NCBI GenBank assembly: GCA_053919585.1 | Contig: CM132800.1 | Reading direction: 5' to 3' (one strand) | DNA: 64,000 bases | DNA from: Euprymna scolopes | Taxonomy: Eukaryota | In this document: positions 23,766 to 37,259 of the stretch, piece by piece | How positions within the stretch are numbered: position 1 is the stretch's first letter | Layout of the letters: each line of letters starts with the position of its first letter | Program-made: the position numbers and the translations under genes | Notes under the pieces: generated by a model | What the model was told of the DNA's origin: nothing | The model's input: only the letters and a program-made list of their open reading frames with translations | Databases searched by the model: none

Positions 23766-25757
23766 AAGCATAATTTCCCATGTGTTTTTATCACAAATAA
23801 ATCTACTCATTAAAATCATCCATTTGTTTCGTTTTTCGTTTTCCATTTCATTTTCTACCGAATGATTGATTGGCACATTTTCATACCAATAGTATTTTAC
23901 GCTTTCCCCATATCCATTAACTGGTTACCGATTTACGTTAATTCACACAGCCCGCCCACACATCATGTTCTAGTCGACGGAAATTGAGCAAGTGTAATCC
24001 AAGACAGTCTATGAAATAATATTGTTTTAGACGTTTCTTTTTTTATTCCAATGTCGCTGGAGTATAACATGAAAATGACTCAAATATTTTTTGAAAAAAA
24101 AAATCAATCTATCTTTTATTATCTGAAGCTAAGTTAATAAATATTTGTATCCCTAAAGCGTTTTCTCATATAATCGTAAAATACATTTTTCAGATGTCTC
24201 AAAGGAGGGGTTCAGCGATGTACCGTATTTATTGCCGATTTCGGGGTTCACATTATATCGGCTAGGACAACAACCACAAAATTATTTGCATCAGATTATC
24301 TCATTATTATATTATGGTCGGGCAATGTCGGATGTCTTTGATAGAGAGGTGAGTGACCGGTATTTGAAGTGGTAAAAATATTATAGAAATAACAAAGTGT
24401 TTTGATAACGAAAGAATGTTTAGAAACAGCACGTGAATGTAGAAATAATTATGCCAGAAATATGTAAATCAATAAATTTTTTAGAAGGTTGTTTCACAAA
24501 TAGGGCTGTTTAGTTTTAATAAACAAAGATACGTGACAAAGAACCAGGCCAATATTTGTGATTACCTAGATACATGACGTAACAAGATTAGAGACACTTT
24601 CGTTTTTAGAGTCTTTAACGGACGGCTGAGAGAGACTGTCGACAGATGAGATGGAACCCAGCAAGGACTAGATCGATGATCAAGATATAGACAGGAATGT
24701 ATCAACGTTCCCCCTGTCCTAGATGGAAACAATATTCTGAAATAAAGCTTGCCGAAATGAAACCCAAGTTCTGTTGGTCCTGGTAGAATGCTTGTTGCAG
24801 GTTTCCGTCAAACAAGCTCAAAGATGGGCGAAGTGTCTTTCCTAACTGGCCGTCTGTTGTAACCCCATAGAATAGTACCCATCCTTATCAAGAGACAAGG
24901 ATGTTTATTCGTCCGCTATTTTTCGTTTTATACGGACATACACCAGTAAGTTTTTGTGACATTTTGGAAACTAGGCGATCACACGTAAATACATCTAAGA
25001 AGGGCAGACGCACAATCATTAAGGCACTCGTTACATACACGTTTGTATATGTACAGAATATATACACACTCACACGGGAATACAACATATCGCCGTTTTG
25101 ATACCCCGCTATACTGCAGGTATAACCGTTTGGTGCCGTTTTAAAACTTCTTTATATTACATCATTAAATACTATCAACTACGTGTGTCGATATTGCAAA
25201 AGAAAATCGTGTCCTGAAAATTGTCTTTTTAACGACGTGAAATCAGACATCAGCCAATGAGCCAAATTTAACATGTAGTGTAAAAAATACACAAAACTCT
25301 AAATTACTTTTCAATCCGTCTTTAGATTTTCATCACTAAAAGCACATGTTTAAATATTCCCCAACGTTTGAGAAAACTTCTATTTCAATTGTTCTAATGA
25401 GACGTAATTCGAAACTAACTCCTTAATTGACCCATCTCTTATCCATCAGTCTCACTTTCTTTCTCACTGACTGTATTTTAATCAATTTTAATCAATTTTC
25501 CCAACGCTATTAATTTATACGTCATCTTTTACTTTCGCTTTCAACAAATTTCGGTTCTATGTTTATAAAAGCCGACGGAAGAAAAGAGAGATTAGAAGAG
25601 ATGACGTATATTATATATCTGTTGTATTATAAAGAGAATCGTGTATGATTGTTTTATCAGACTTAATGTCGTGTATGATCGTCTAACTGTTCTTTCTATT
25701 AAATATGTTCATATGCTTTTAAGTGTGAATGTGCGATACATGCATTTTCAGACATAC

Positions 25758-25842
25758 CGCTGCTTCTTCGATGTTGGTCCATCTGGAATCTCTCGTCCTG
25801 GAGGGAAGACTTGGTACCTCTTTTGGACGAAGATTTATGTTT
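25758..25842 (-). CDS. Candidate coding exon (85 nt), unknown gene
   Basis: ..tatccag| acceptor, |gtatgt donor, GC-richer than flanks, open frame NINLRPKEVPSLPSRTRDSRWTNIEEAA phase-compatible with 26792-26866. Confidence 0.35.
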
Positions 25843-25904
25843 CTGGATATTTGAGATGAGGATTGAGAATGTGTAATATTTCGATTATTCGAACTACTGT
25901 TCTA

Positions 25905-26480
25905 ATCTTGAGTGTTATTCTCACAATATTTTTGTCGGTATAATCTATGAGCTTGTTCAATAAATTAATATACAATAAATATTAGCTTATTGTATTAAGT
26001 AGTGATCGATTGTAATAAATAGTAGTCTATTGTAATAACTTGTAAGATTGTAATACAATAACAAGAATGGGTTTAAAGATCATAAACTGCATAAGAGAAG
26101 TCAACACAAAGGTTCACAACATAATAGAACTCAACACAATGGTTCACAATATAATAGAACTCAACACAATGGTTCACAACATAATAGAACTCAACACAAT
26201 GGTTCACAACATAATAGAACTCAACACAATGGTTCACAACATAATACAACTCAACACAAAGGTTCACAACATAATAAAACTCAACACAATGGTTCACAAC
26301 ATAATAAAACTCAACACAATGGTTCACAACATAATAAAACTCAACACAATGGTTCACAACATAATAAAATTCAACACAATGGTTCAGAACACGAATAAAG
26401 CACTGCATAATCTTCAGTTCTAAGTAACAAATGAGCATGGTCGAAAGTACCAATCCGCAGATGCTTAGAATACAAATGTG
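25905..26480. repeat. Interspersed repeat; second copy ~28645-28950
   Basis: Shared ctcacaatattt..gagcttgt.caataaatt..taaatagta..ctattgta..aagattgtaa. Confidence 0.8.
26091..26390. repeat. 30-bp minisatellite x10
   Basis: (ataatagaactcaacacaatggttcacaac)n. Confidence 0.97.
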
Positions 26481-26791
26481 AATTACTTAAAATTTTTCAC
26501 CGGTCATATCTAACGAAATTTGAGCATGCTGCCCCAGTGGATTAACTAAAGGGTTCCGTTCGAATTTCCGTCCCGATTTTCTCGTTCGACAGAAAAAAAC
26601 TGTACCCCCATCTGACGGTGCTTACCGCAACATTATAATCGTTTCAACTGTTGTTTTAAAATAGTGCGATGCTTACTATTGTTCTAATTGTATGATAATT
26701 GTGCTATATATTATATAAGATGTTGATTGATGTTAACAAGAGCGCACTATTAAAAATCTAGTAAAAAAAACAATAATTAATACATACTTAC

Positions 26792-26866
26792 TTAATCAAG
26801 TCTGCATTCTTAAGATTGCCTTTGAGTTTGTAGTAGAACCATCTTCCTGACGTAGATTTCTTTTTC
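26792..26866 (-). CDS. Candidate coding exon (75 nt), unknown gene
   Basis: tttttttatag| acceptor, |gtaagt donor; only one open frame, KKKSTSGRWFYYKLKGNLKNADLI. Confidence 0.35.
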
Positions 26867-27569
26867 CTATAAAAAAATATACGTGATATAAATGAGAATT
26901 GTTTAATTAAAATTATAAATGATTAAGAAATAAATTATAAATCAAATTTTTAATTTGTAACCCATTGGTTCTAAACTACTATTCCACGGTATATTAGTGT
27001 AATATGTACCGCTGCATTATTACTTGTGCACATTGAGGATATAATAGTTACGAGCTATAGTATTGCTTTTCGATATTTCAAAGATGATTTATTTCTTAAT
27101 CATGATGATATCTTGGTAGATTTTGTAAACACATCTTAATGAATGCTTTTTCTTTATTAAAGAAATTATTAGGTTAAATACAGAAAAGTTTCGACAGATC
27201 TGCCGTTTAGTTGTAAAAGCGAGTTCTTGAGTGAGATAGTTAAACATCCTTGTAGTCGAACCAGCTATACGCAAAGCAGAAATGAAAAGATCTTAGGGCA
27301 GCATATAAATTAATTATATTTAAGATGAAAGTAACAATATGTAAGGAAAGAAAGATATTTTTATTAGCGAGCATTTTACATTATTAGAAAATAAAACTGA
27401 AGAGCGTTTTCCATTATCCACATTGAACAATTTGATTATAATCGCAATCTATTCTTAGATTTAAAACTTTTCAATTTTCTACTTTGCAGTTACCATTTAT
27501 CAAGGCTCGAACGTTATTCGAGGATATGTAAGGTAGTAATAATCACTAATGGTTTAGATTGGGTTAAAT

Positions 27570-28050
27570 TTGATTATTTATGAGGACGGCTTAACAGGAA
27601 CTTGTTTACATTAGATTTGAAGGCTACCATGTTGTATTCAACCGAAAAGTATTCTGTCGAACGATAATCCAAAGGCAGAAAGTACTGTGAAAGAACGTTT
27701 GTTCATGGAACCTATATACACATTAAGGCACAGAAAAAGAGTGCGGAAAATCATATATATTGATTGTAACTAGTCGAGTGTTTTTCTGAAATTTTGGCTT
27801 TGGGATCATAGATTAGAGTTCACTTTAAGGTTGTGTGAAGATGAAGGTCAGTAAGCCTTTACAGTGATCGTGATTTTATATTGAAGCCATCAAACCTACA
27901 ATTGGATGCATTTGTGAACTGAGGCTTTCTTCCTTCAACAGCATCACTCGTCAAAACGTAAATATCTAAATATATTGAATAAGAGTAAAGAGTCTGTTTC
28001 TCTTGCATTTGCCCACATATTACAGCAGTAGTAAAAAATAACAAAGTACA
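27570..28050 (-). mobile_element. Heavily decayed CR1/L2-group LINE 3' fragment
   Basis: YCCNMWA (cf. YCCHIWA), FPHSFSVP, FKSNVNK remnants matching 40432-40901. Confidence 0.65.
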
Positions 28051-28234
28051 GCTGTCCCACTGAAATTCACCATTATTATTATTTGATGGCAAATTTTGAA
28101 TTCAGGAAAAGTTGATTTATCTAAATTAAAATTATTCTTGTATACTCGTCAGTGTTATTATTTTATTGCAGAATAAAAGCCTTACGAATAGAAAATAGTG
28201 AACGAATGGTTATATGGGCAAATGTTGAGTATTT

Positions 28235-28620
28235 CAAACGACAGTTTAACAACAGGTTTGAGTATTTAACAAATAGGTTTGGGTATTTAACAAATAGGTT
28301 TGGATATTAACAAATAGGTTTGGGTATTTTACTAACAGGTTTGGGTATTTGAAAATAGATTTTGGTATTTAAAAAATAAGTTTGGGTGTTTAACGAATAA
28401 GTTTGGGTATTTGACAAATTGGTTTGAGTATTTGACAAATTGGTTTGGGTATTTAAAAGTAGGTTTGGGTATTTTACAAATAAGTTTGGGTATTAACAAA
28501 TAGGTTTGGATATTTAACAAATAGGTTTGGATATTTAACAAATAGGTTTGGATATTTAACAAATAGGTTTGGATATTTAACAAATAGGTTTGGATATTAA
28601 GCACATAGGTTTTGCTATTT
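28235..28620. repeat. 21-bp minisatellite (~18 units)
   Basis: (aacaaataggtttgg(g/a)tattt)n. Confidence 0.95.
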
Positions 28621-29307
28621 AGATTACTCCTACTTCTGTTTTACCCTTGGATCTTATACTCACAATATTTCTGTCGATGTAACCACTGAGCTTGTCCAAT
28701 AAATTTATATGCTGTAATATGTAGTAGTTTATTGTAATCAGTAGTGGTGTATTGCAATAAATAGTACTCTATTGTAGTAACTTTTAAGATTGTAACACAA
28801 AAACAACAATCTTAAAGTGCATAATAGAATTGAACACAAAAATTCAGTACACAAAGAAAGCTTCAGTTATGCGTAACAATTCATTGTGGTCTAAAATACA
28901 ATCCTCAGTGATGATCATACTAAGAAGACAAATGACAATTATTTAAGATTTCTTACTAGTAATGTCTGTTATTATTTTTCTTTTTTGGCAAGAAAACACT
29001 TTCTGAGAAAAAGAAAACTATGTATTTTGCGATAGGTGTGTTGCAAATATTTACATAACTTCAATAGTCGTCTCCATGGTAAAAGGGTTATAATTACTTG
29101 TGTAACCATTTAATAATTCCAGAATCTAACCAAGGATCAGTATTGATGGAATTGTCAATAAAATTATTCACACTCGCGAGCCATGTGGAAATTCTACGGG
29201 GAACTCATTCATCAGGAATATTTTAATGTTGGCATTCGGTAGATGTTCAGCATAAATGGAAACGCTCTGATAGCTCTTTGGTTAAACTGCAAAAGTATTT
29301 ATCTAAG

Positions 29308-29527
29308 CTAGCAAGGACGCCCGGCACAGCCAGGTTGTTAAAGACGCTTAAATATGATGTTTTAATTCTTGCAGATTTTGAATATTACTATAGAGTTAAT
29401 GTTCTAGCGATTTATAAAGTTGCGATTTCCAAAATAAAAAAAAATTATCCGTATGACTTTGAGGCATCAACTTGAATCGAAACCGAAACTTATATACGGT
29501 TTCGATTATAGCTGAAGGATCTCAAGT

Positions 29528-29587
<60 letters not shown>

Positions 29588-29750
29588 ACTTGAGATCCTT
29601 CAGCTATAATCGAAACCGAAGCACAAAACTTATGAAGAATTCTTGATAAAATTATTCATAAAAAATAGATTACTGGAGTGCCATCAGTTTTAATCGAAAC
29701 GGAAACCAAATCTTATAAAGAATTTTTGGTAAAATTATTTATTACAAGAA
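29308..29750 (-). mobile_element. Helitron-like family; related copies at ~51054-51250 and ~59525-60500 (latter split by a LINE)
   Basis: CTAG + hairpin, shared cttaaatatgat and catca...aatcgaaa blocks. Confidence 0.6.
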
Positions 29751-31331
29751 ATGGAAGTCCATGACAATTAAACGACAGATGTAAGCGTGATATAACGAAT
29801 AAATAAATGACACCCTCGCTATCCTATTTATATATAGATACGATGAAACAACGGTATATCGGCCAAATTTTGATTATTTAAACCGACAGCTTAACAAATA
29901 TGTTTTGGCATTGAACTCGTATCTTATATCATTCGTACTACTGTTCTCATCTTGATTGAAAATTCAGGGATAATCGACAATGATATTGAGTTTTGCCCCT
30001 CATGCTCCCATGGTCATGGAAAGAATCAGACGATAAATATGAAAGACATTGTGATCAGTTTAAAAAATGTTTTAAAGAAACGAAACATTTTTTTTTTACT
30101 ACTGCCTTTTTATATCATAGAATGGCATGCTGATCAATTATTTGAAAGTCAATTATCCGGTAGACAATTCCATTTGTATTCTGACAAAATACACTTCACG
30201 CGACAGCTCTGATTGATAACACTTTTTGCTGGAAGCCATATTAGAAAATGGCGAATAGCTATTGACGTTACCATGATTTTTCTTATTTCGTTTCGATCGG
30301 TGTACTTTTTGTCTCGTAATTTTTCTTTCGAAATACATTTCTTTACTTATATTTCAATAGAAAATGACATTTCAATGAGATTAGACTGATATTCATTCGG
30401 TGTCTCATTCCATACAAACGACATATATGCGTTATGTCTGTCACGAGAGGCAATCACTTTTTTTCTATTCAACCGAGCAAACACTATTTCTCATTGGTTC
30501 ATTTAAGTATTTTCCTTTCATTTTTTTTGTTTTTGTTTTTGTGATATCAACATTGTAAACTATTTCATTTGCAAATACACGAATCATCAATTGATATTTT
30601 TTATTTGCCAATCTACTTTGTACTTGTGTCTATTATCGATGTACGATCCAACGCCACTCACGAATGAAAAGCACACTTTTCTAAAATACCACAGAGCTAA
30701 TGGCACTGAACTATTTATTTAGTGTCACTTATATGATGATGTTTATAAAGATTTTCTCGATCTGTAGATTTCAATTGAAGTAGAATAAACTGAATCGAGT
30801 GAAATGCATTATCTTTTCTGCTAGTTATTTTGGATGTACACTGTTTCAAGTATTAGTTGCCCTACATATATCCGTTTTGTATTGCGTTTCTATATTCTTA
30901 TTTGCTTATTAGTTAGTGTAGTTTGGCTTGAATAGAAGTAAAATAAAAGACTATTGGACAGCACACACAACCATATATATATATATATATATATTATTAT
31001 GAAAGTCTTTTCGTGGGTATGTTTCACGTTTTTTTTTTTTAATTATGAAAGTCTTTTCGTGGATTCATCTGCCTTACTTTTAATGCTAGGTTTATTTATG
31101 GTGTCTTTTAAATTCAATAAAAACCCTTCAAAATTTGCTGACGAGGAGACCTTGCTTATTAAAAAACTATATGTAATTATTGTACGTAACTTGATGCATA
31201 CCACAATAAAAAGCATTGTTTTCCGAAACGATCGTACAGATAATTTATTTTGTTGCTGTTCCTTCTTATGAAACGGATTTTTAATTTGATTATAATTTCA
31301 CTTTTAAATTTTAAATTATCAATCACATTAC

Positions 31332-31385
<54 letters not shown>

Positions 31386-31386
<1 letters not shown>

Positions 31387-32034
31387 TAGCGGGGGGTACC
31401 CGGTGTTGTCCGGGTGTGGTGAGATGTGGGGAGGTAAATTAAAACAAAATTGAAATTGAAGAATAAGCGATCGTAATAACCTGGTTTAAATATTATAACC
31501 TTTTGTTTTTTAAATCGGGAAAACGAAGACAAAAATAAACAGCGAACGTGATGCAAAATAAAACACAAGCAGATGAAAACGAAATGGCATAAAAACACTG
31601 TTTAAATTTTTAAACTTCTTTAAAAAAATCGGAAAAACAAAAACAAAAAACAGCGAACGTGAAAAAAAAAAGAACATGTTAATTGCATAAATAACCCCGT
31701 TTTAATATTAAAACATAAAAATCCGAAAAAAATATATCTGATATTTAGGCTCGAACGTGTAATATTAAAATAGGTACGGCGCCACTATAACGACTGGTCT
31801 AGCATCACGTGAGCGTAGGTAGATCGGCCTTTTTATGTTTAAACTAATTCAAGAAAGAACATTTTTTTGCGCATGCGTGATTTGCTAAATTGTCATTAAG
31901 GATATATGTCGTCCGAAGGGGTGAGCTTCAGAACGATACCGATTTGGTTAAAATCTGTCGCTTCTGTGGGAAGTTTTCGACAGACACATAAACATACAGG
32001 CATTTAAACAGATGCTTGCCGTTTATATTATAGA
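31386..32034 (-). mobile_element. Non-autonomous Helitron-like element
   Basis: 5' TCTATAATATAAA starting 32034; 3' hairpin 31399-31414 and CTAG 31386-31389 abutting (TA)n. Confidence 0.75.
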
Positions 32035-32455
32035 CTAGCCTGGGTAACCGGCGTTGCCTGGGTGTTTGATTGTTTGTTGAGCAAAGAAAAAAAAGAAGTG
32101 GTAGTAGAAAGGCAGGCACGAACCCGTACTGCGAAGAAGGAAAAGTGTGTGAAAAAAGTGACGTCTTTGCCGTTTCGTCCCTCGTCAAATCGAAGGTGGC
32201 GGAGGTTTAAATTAAGAAAATATCAGCGAAAAACGCGACCCCTCCTTGTAGAAAACAGCCCAGTTGAGGGTGAAGAAATTAATGCTTTTAGCCAAGTTTC
32301 GATATTTATCGTCTGAAGGATGGAGCTTCAAAACGATATAGATCTCGTGACAATCCGTGGCCTCTCTCGAAATTTTTGGGCAGACATACAAATATACATA
32401 TATGCATACATGCATACATACATTTAAATAGACAGGTGAGATTTATATTATAAAT
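32035..32455 (-). mobile_element. Non-autonomous Helitron-like element, head-to-tail with 31386-32034
   Basis: Hairpin ccggcgttgcctggg and CTAG 32035-32038; same family as 520-912. Confidence 0.75.
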
Positions 32456-33689
32456 GTGATGTATCCAGTGACAATACAAATGTAGTTGTTTAGTCGTTTA
32501 ATTTTACGGACTATCCACTCTATAAAAATTATTTAATTTAAAAGCCAGTCATTTTCGTAAATATTTTCATGCTTCAAGTTTTATATGCCTTCAAATATTT
32601 ATACTGTGTGTTTAGTTACAATGCTTCATTTTACAGCGTGTCAACCCTGATCGAATTATTAAGTTCGAAATCCGGAATTCTTTTTTTAATGCTTTATCTC
32701 CCAAAGTTACTTATATTGTCATATTTTTTTTATTTTATTTTATAATTTACTTTTACGGTAGATTAATTGTTTTCGGTTTATTAATGCCAGAATTGATTGG
32801 TTTGGTAAACATTGGTTACAATTCTTGCATCTGTAAATATTTATTCATGGTGTTTAGTTAGGACTGGTCGTTTAGTTTTAAAGCATATCAACCCTGTCAG
32901 GTTTGTTAATGCCAAATACGGTCAGTTTCTTTAAGGTTTTCATTCCTCTTGGTTTTGTTGTTTTGTAAAAAATATTGTTTTATGTTTGGATTTGAAATCA
33001 TGATTGAGTCTTACTAAAAGAACACGGCGAAACAATAACAGCGATGTTTAATGTAGTAAGAGCAAGAGTCCTATATCTTTAGACAGTCTGATCTGGTATT
33101 ATCCGTTCAAATTTAGGAGTTTCAACATGAAGTTTAGCATACTTTAGTAGCCAGATGACCTGACCTGATCTTGGGATACCTCTTAAGATCTCCTCTATTG
33201 AGAAATATAATCATGTATGTATATTGTTGTTTAAAGTTAGCAGAAGGAAAGGAGAAAACGAAAGGTTAAAACAGATCAAACGAACAGAGGTATTAACGCA
33301 TGTGTGTCGAGTGAGGTTTAGCGAAAGAGAGAGAGAAAGAGAAATCAAGATGGCGCCCATAGTTTTAAAATGTGTGCTCTGGTGGAAGTCACGCAAAATC
33401 ACGCGAAATCACGCGGAAGCCAGGTCGAGGAAAAAGGGCAGACAGACGAAGGTTGGTGACAGTGGTGATCTAAAACTCGGCGGTCGTTGGCTTGCAAAGA
33501 CGAATATTTTTTAATTTTTTAATTTTGTTGTTCTAAACCAGGAACACTTCATATATCATCAAAATTCAAACTGTTGAACACTAGTATTTACATAGTTCAA
33601 TGTCTTGAAATAATATGCAATGAATATCTGAAAGCATAGAATTAATTAACAAAATTACTGATTTCGATAACAAATAAGTTCATATGCTC

Positions 33690-34570
33690 TTCCAAATAAC
33701 AAGTATCTTTTTTTGCTCTTAATTGCTTAATCTATTTCATTAATCATTTTTATTCTCGTGTTCGTCTATTTTTCTCTTCAAAAATGTGTCTTAATTTTTA
33801 TCTAAGTAAGTAGATTTAATATTTACGAACTATCGAGATTATCAGTGCATTTTTAGCATTATAGACAGGACCCGCGTGGGACATAGTTGACTATAAGATA
33901 TATTTTATGTTCATTAAATATTCCCACGTTCGATAGAAGCATTTCTGATTTTGACAAGATACAGCTAAAACAGGTTGGACGTTGGCTTGAGTAGAAGGTT
34001 GTGAAAATATCACTGAAGATGAGCGCAATAGTGAATACGATCCAAATAATATACATTTTTAATCCTCTGCTGAATAATTAAGACGCAGTACTCCATTTTT
34101 TTGGTTTTGCTTACCATTAGAATTTCCAGCATCTAATTTACAACAAAAAAGTAGATGTGCCGTCCAAACTAACAAGTATCCTTTTTTGATATTAAGTCTC
34201 TTAATTTATTTCATTAAATAATTTTGTTATCTTGTTCGTCTGTTTTTCTCCCTAAAGAATGTGTTATAAGTTTATCTAAGTAAGTCTAGATGTAACATTT
34301 ACAAATGTACCGAAATCATCAGTTCATTTTTAGTATTAGAGACAAGACCTGCGTGGAGTAGAGAGGACTATAAGATATAGTTTATGTTCATTGAATACAA
34401 ATGATATTCTCTGTCAAAAGTGAACCTTTGAATAAGTTAACGTTGTTCATTTGTAATAGTTCGATTATATAGACGATGTTCTCATCTTCAGTTTTATTTT
34501 CACAACCTTTTAGTCGATGTGACTTCTGCGGGTGCATCTTGTTGAACGCAGAAACCTTTCTGTAAAACTC
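33690..34570. repeat. Diverged ~230-bp direct duplication plus an inverted segment
   Basis: 33690-33920 vs 34163-34398; aaggttgtgaaaatatcactgaagatgag (~33995) inverted at ~34480-34510. Confidence 0.7.
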
Positions 34571-36053
34571 GGAAATTTACATGTTATTTCGAACCCTTTA
34601 TTTAATCAACACAGAATAACGATACTTACTAAAGAAAATAATTATAAATTACGCTTGTCTTGTAAGTAAAGGTTCAATCTCCTACTGTGTGCGATATTAC
34701 GAATACAAATTCCAACAAGTTTAGAATACCAGTGCGAAATACTTAAGATTTTTACATGAACTGCGAACATGCTACCGCAGTCGATTAAATAAAGAGTCCC
34801 GTTAGTAATTCCGTGCTGTTACCATTAGAATTTCTAGCATCTACTTCAAAATAAAAAAAACACAATCCACTTTTATACGAAAAATAGCTCACTTACGATT
34901 AATGATTAATTATAACTAGCGGGACCTGTGGAAATTCCACAAGAGACTGATTCATATGTAATATATTGATATTGGCATTCTGTAGATATTAATGATCAAT
35001 TTCGTATCTTAAATATAAGTTTTAAACTTTATGTCCAACACTTTATGCAAGAGTTAATAGTCTTATTATCGAAACGAATTATACAAAAATTTGAAAGTAT
35101 AAATTGGTCTTTCTTAACGAGATCTATGCTATTTGGCTGTTAACTTTCAGAATATTAATTATTACTTATGAAAATTGTGATGATATTACAGTCAGATCAC
35201 CTGTTGATCTTGCAAGATCAAATGCATATTCTTTGTCAAAAAGAAGATTGTTTTAACTTATGTGTTGGGCTTTCTGACTTATTACTCAAACACACACACA
35301 GGCGCATATATCTGTTATATTCTCCATGAATTTGCACGTTGTGTGTGACTGACGTTTTTACTAAATTAAAAGCTTTTTCTTTCAAAGCGCCAAATTTGTC
35401 AAAGAGGAGAACACGTGATATTTGAACATATATCTATATCTCTATCTGTCTACCATTATATAAAAGTCACGTTGTGCGTGTGTGAGTTCCTTCCTCGTAG
35501 GTTCCGAAACGGCTGAGCCTATCTTTTGCAAATTCCATACAAAGCTAATTTATATGCCTGGCAGTGTGTTTTAGATATGTTTTCTACAGAAATTCATCCG
35601 ATAAATATCGAAAATCGAAAAAAAAAATCCCGTCTTAAAAATAGTCGTTCATTCTTCTACTTAAAAAGTAATATTTACAATAGAATATTATACGTTACAC
35701 TGCCCAAGAAAAATAATAAAATCTTTGCAACAAATGGAGTTATTGTTATCTGGAGATTTAGCTAAGTAGTAGAGGATTTGACTACGGATCGAATGATCTC
35801 TTGTTAAAACCCGGATGTACCTCATCATTTTATTGAAATTTTTTCTAATCGATTAGTTCAATTTACAATAATAGAAGATATATCATTTAAAATAATTTCC
35901 TCCTTTGCAAATCATTTCTTCTTTGGCATATTTTAAAATTAAACATAAGAATTGACTTATCCAGGGTATTCGTCTTCAGGCAAAACTATCAGCTGATGTG
36001 ATATTGTAAACAAAAACAGACATAATTCGATGAACGACATTATCATCATTATT

Positions 36054-36084
<31 letters not shown>

Positions 36085-37259
36085 TTGCAAATTAGTTCAC
36101 CGGGAAATTATTCCTCGTTATATATAATAATCCATAGAGGATTGATTCTATAATAACAAATATGCAATCTGAATAAATTAAAATATCATGTTTAAGCATA
36201 TTGTACAACCGTAAAGCTACTATATAATATATAATATATAAATTATATATTATACGTTTCTATGGAAATATTTTTTTAAATTATATTGCACCTTTTTATA
36301 GCAATCCTTAATTTATAAATCTCAATGTTATTGCGGATCATATTACAGAGCAGAATAGATTCAGTAATTGATATAATAATAAAATGAATAATTTTGCGCT
36401 ACGAAACAAGTGCTGTCAAGAATTGTGAATGTCAACGTACGTAAGAGAATAACTTGTAAGATCGTCAACATGGTGGAATTGGGAATATAGATTTTTGTCA
36501 TTTATTTTTTATTTGTTTAAATATACATTATTTATATATAACAGTATAACTACACATCTAAAACAAGAATAGGTTTAAACCTTCTGAAAGTCACACTAGA
36601 ATTGTTTGTGGATAAAATAATTAAAAAGAAAAATGCTAAGTAATAACCAGTAAGTGACTGTCTTCTATAGACGCAAAGTTTGATCTTCAGTGAAGACAAT
36701 GCCGAGAGCACAATTACAAATTAAAATTTTTCTAAAAGATCATGGCTGACGGAACGAGATTAGAGATTCAACAGTTCAATTAGACACACCTGAAGATGTT
36801 AGGGGTTATATCAGCCAGTACACTATGATATAAACGTCCGAGTAATTCAAATACTACAGAATTTGAATTTATTACTATTTTTTTCTTGTTTTCGGTTGTA
36901 TTTTATTCAAAAATCTATAGTATATTATTCTTCATCTCTCTGTTCGTTTGACTTATGTTTCGAGAACTACTACGCCGATCCGTCTAAATCTTTGTATGAA
37001 TACTTTGTTATGATTAGGTGAACCCAACTATGTATCATAGTATCTGTTCGCTGCAGACTTAGGATTAAATTAGTATTTAATGCAAATCTGAGTACAAATT
37101 AAAACAAAAGCCATACATAAAAATGAAATTAATCACCGATTCTAAGTAAACACACTAGTCATTTTTCACGTTTTAACGGCCAAAAATGTCTGGCATATAA
37201 ATATTTATTATTGCATTTTCGCTCCAAACAAAGCACAGCGATATTATAATATAGAATAC

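Noticed and set aside
23189-23865. Hydrophobic membrane-protein-like ORFs
   Set aside because: Translation of a pyrimidine-rich low-complexity tract
24194-24348. Plus-strand exon (ttttcag..gtgagt, one open frame)
   Set aside because: No partner exon or recognisable product; 3' part resembles a decayed Helitron hairpin
26067-26453. Repeat-protein ORFs, or a CRISPR-like array
   Set aside because: Contiguous 30-bp minisatellite with no spacers; frames stay open because the unit is a multiple of 3. Same for 28332-28604 (21-bp unit)
27859-28092. 77-aa ORF as host exon
   Set aside because: Overlaps decayed CR1/L2 LINE motifs in other frames
31078-31330. Two minus-strand exons with a 47-nt intron
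   Set aside because: Weak acceptors, AT-rich, frame runs into (TA)n, phase does not join 26866
33995-34045. Hammerhead at ctgaaga
   Set aside because: No GAAA half or stem II; at most a decayed pLTR
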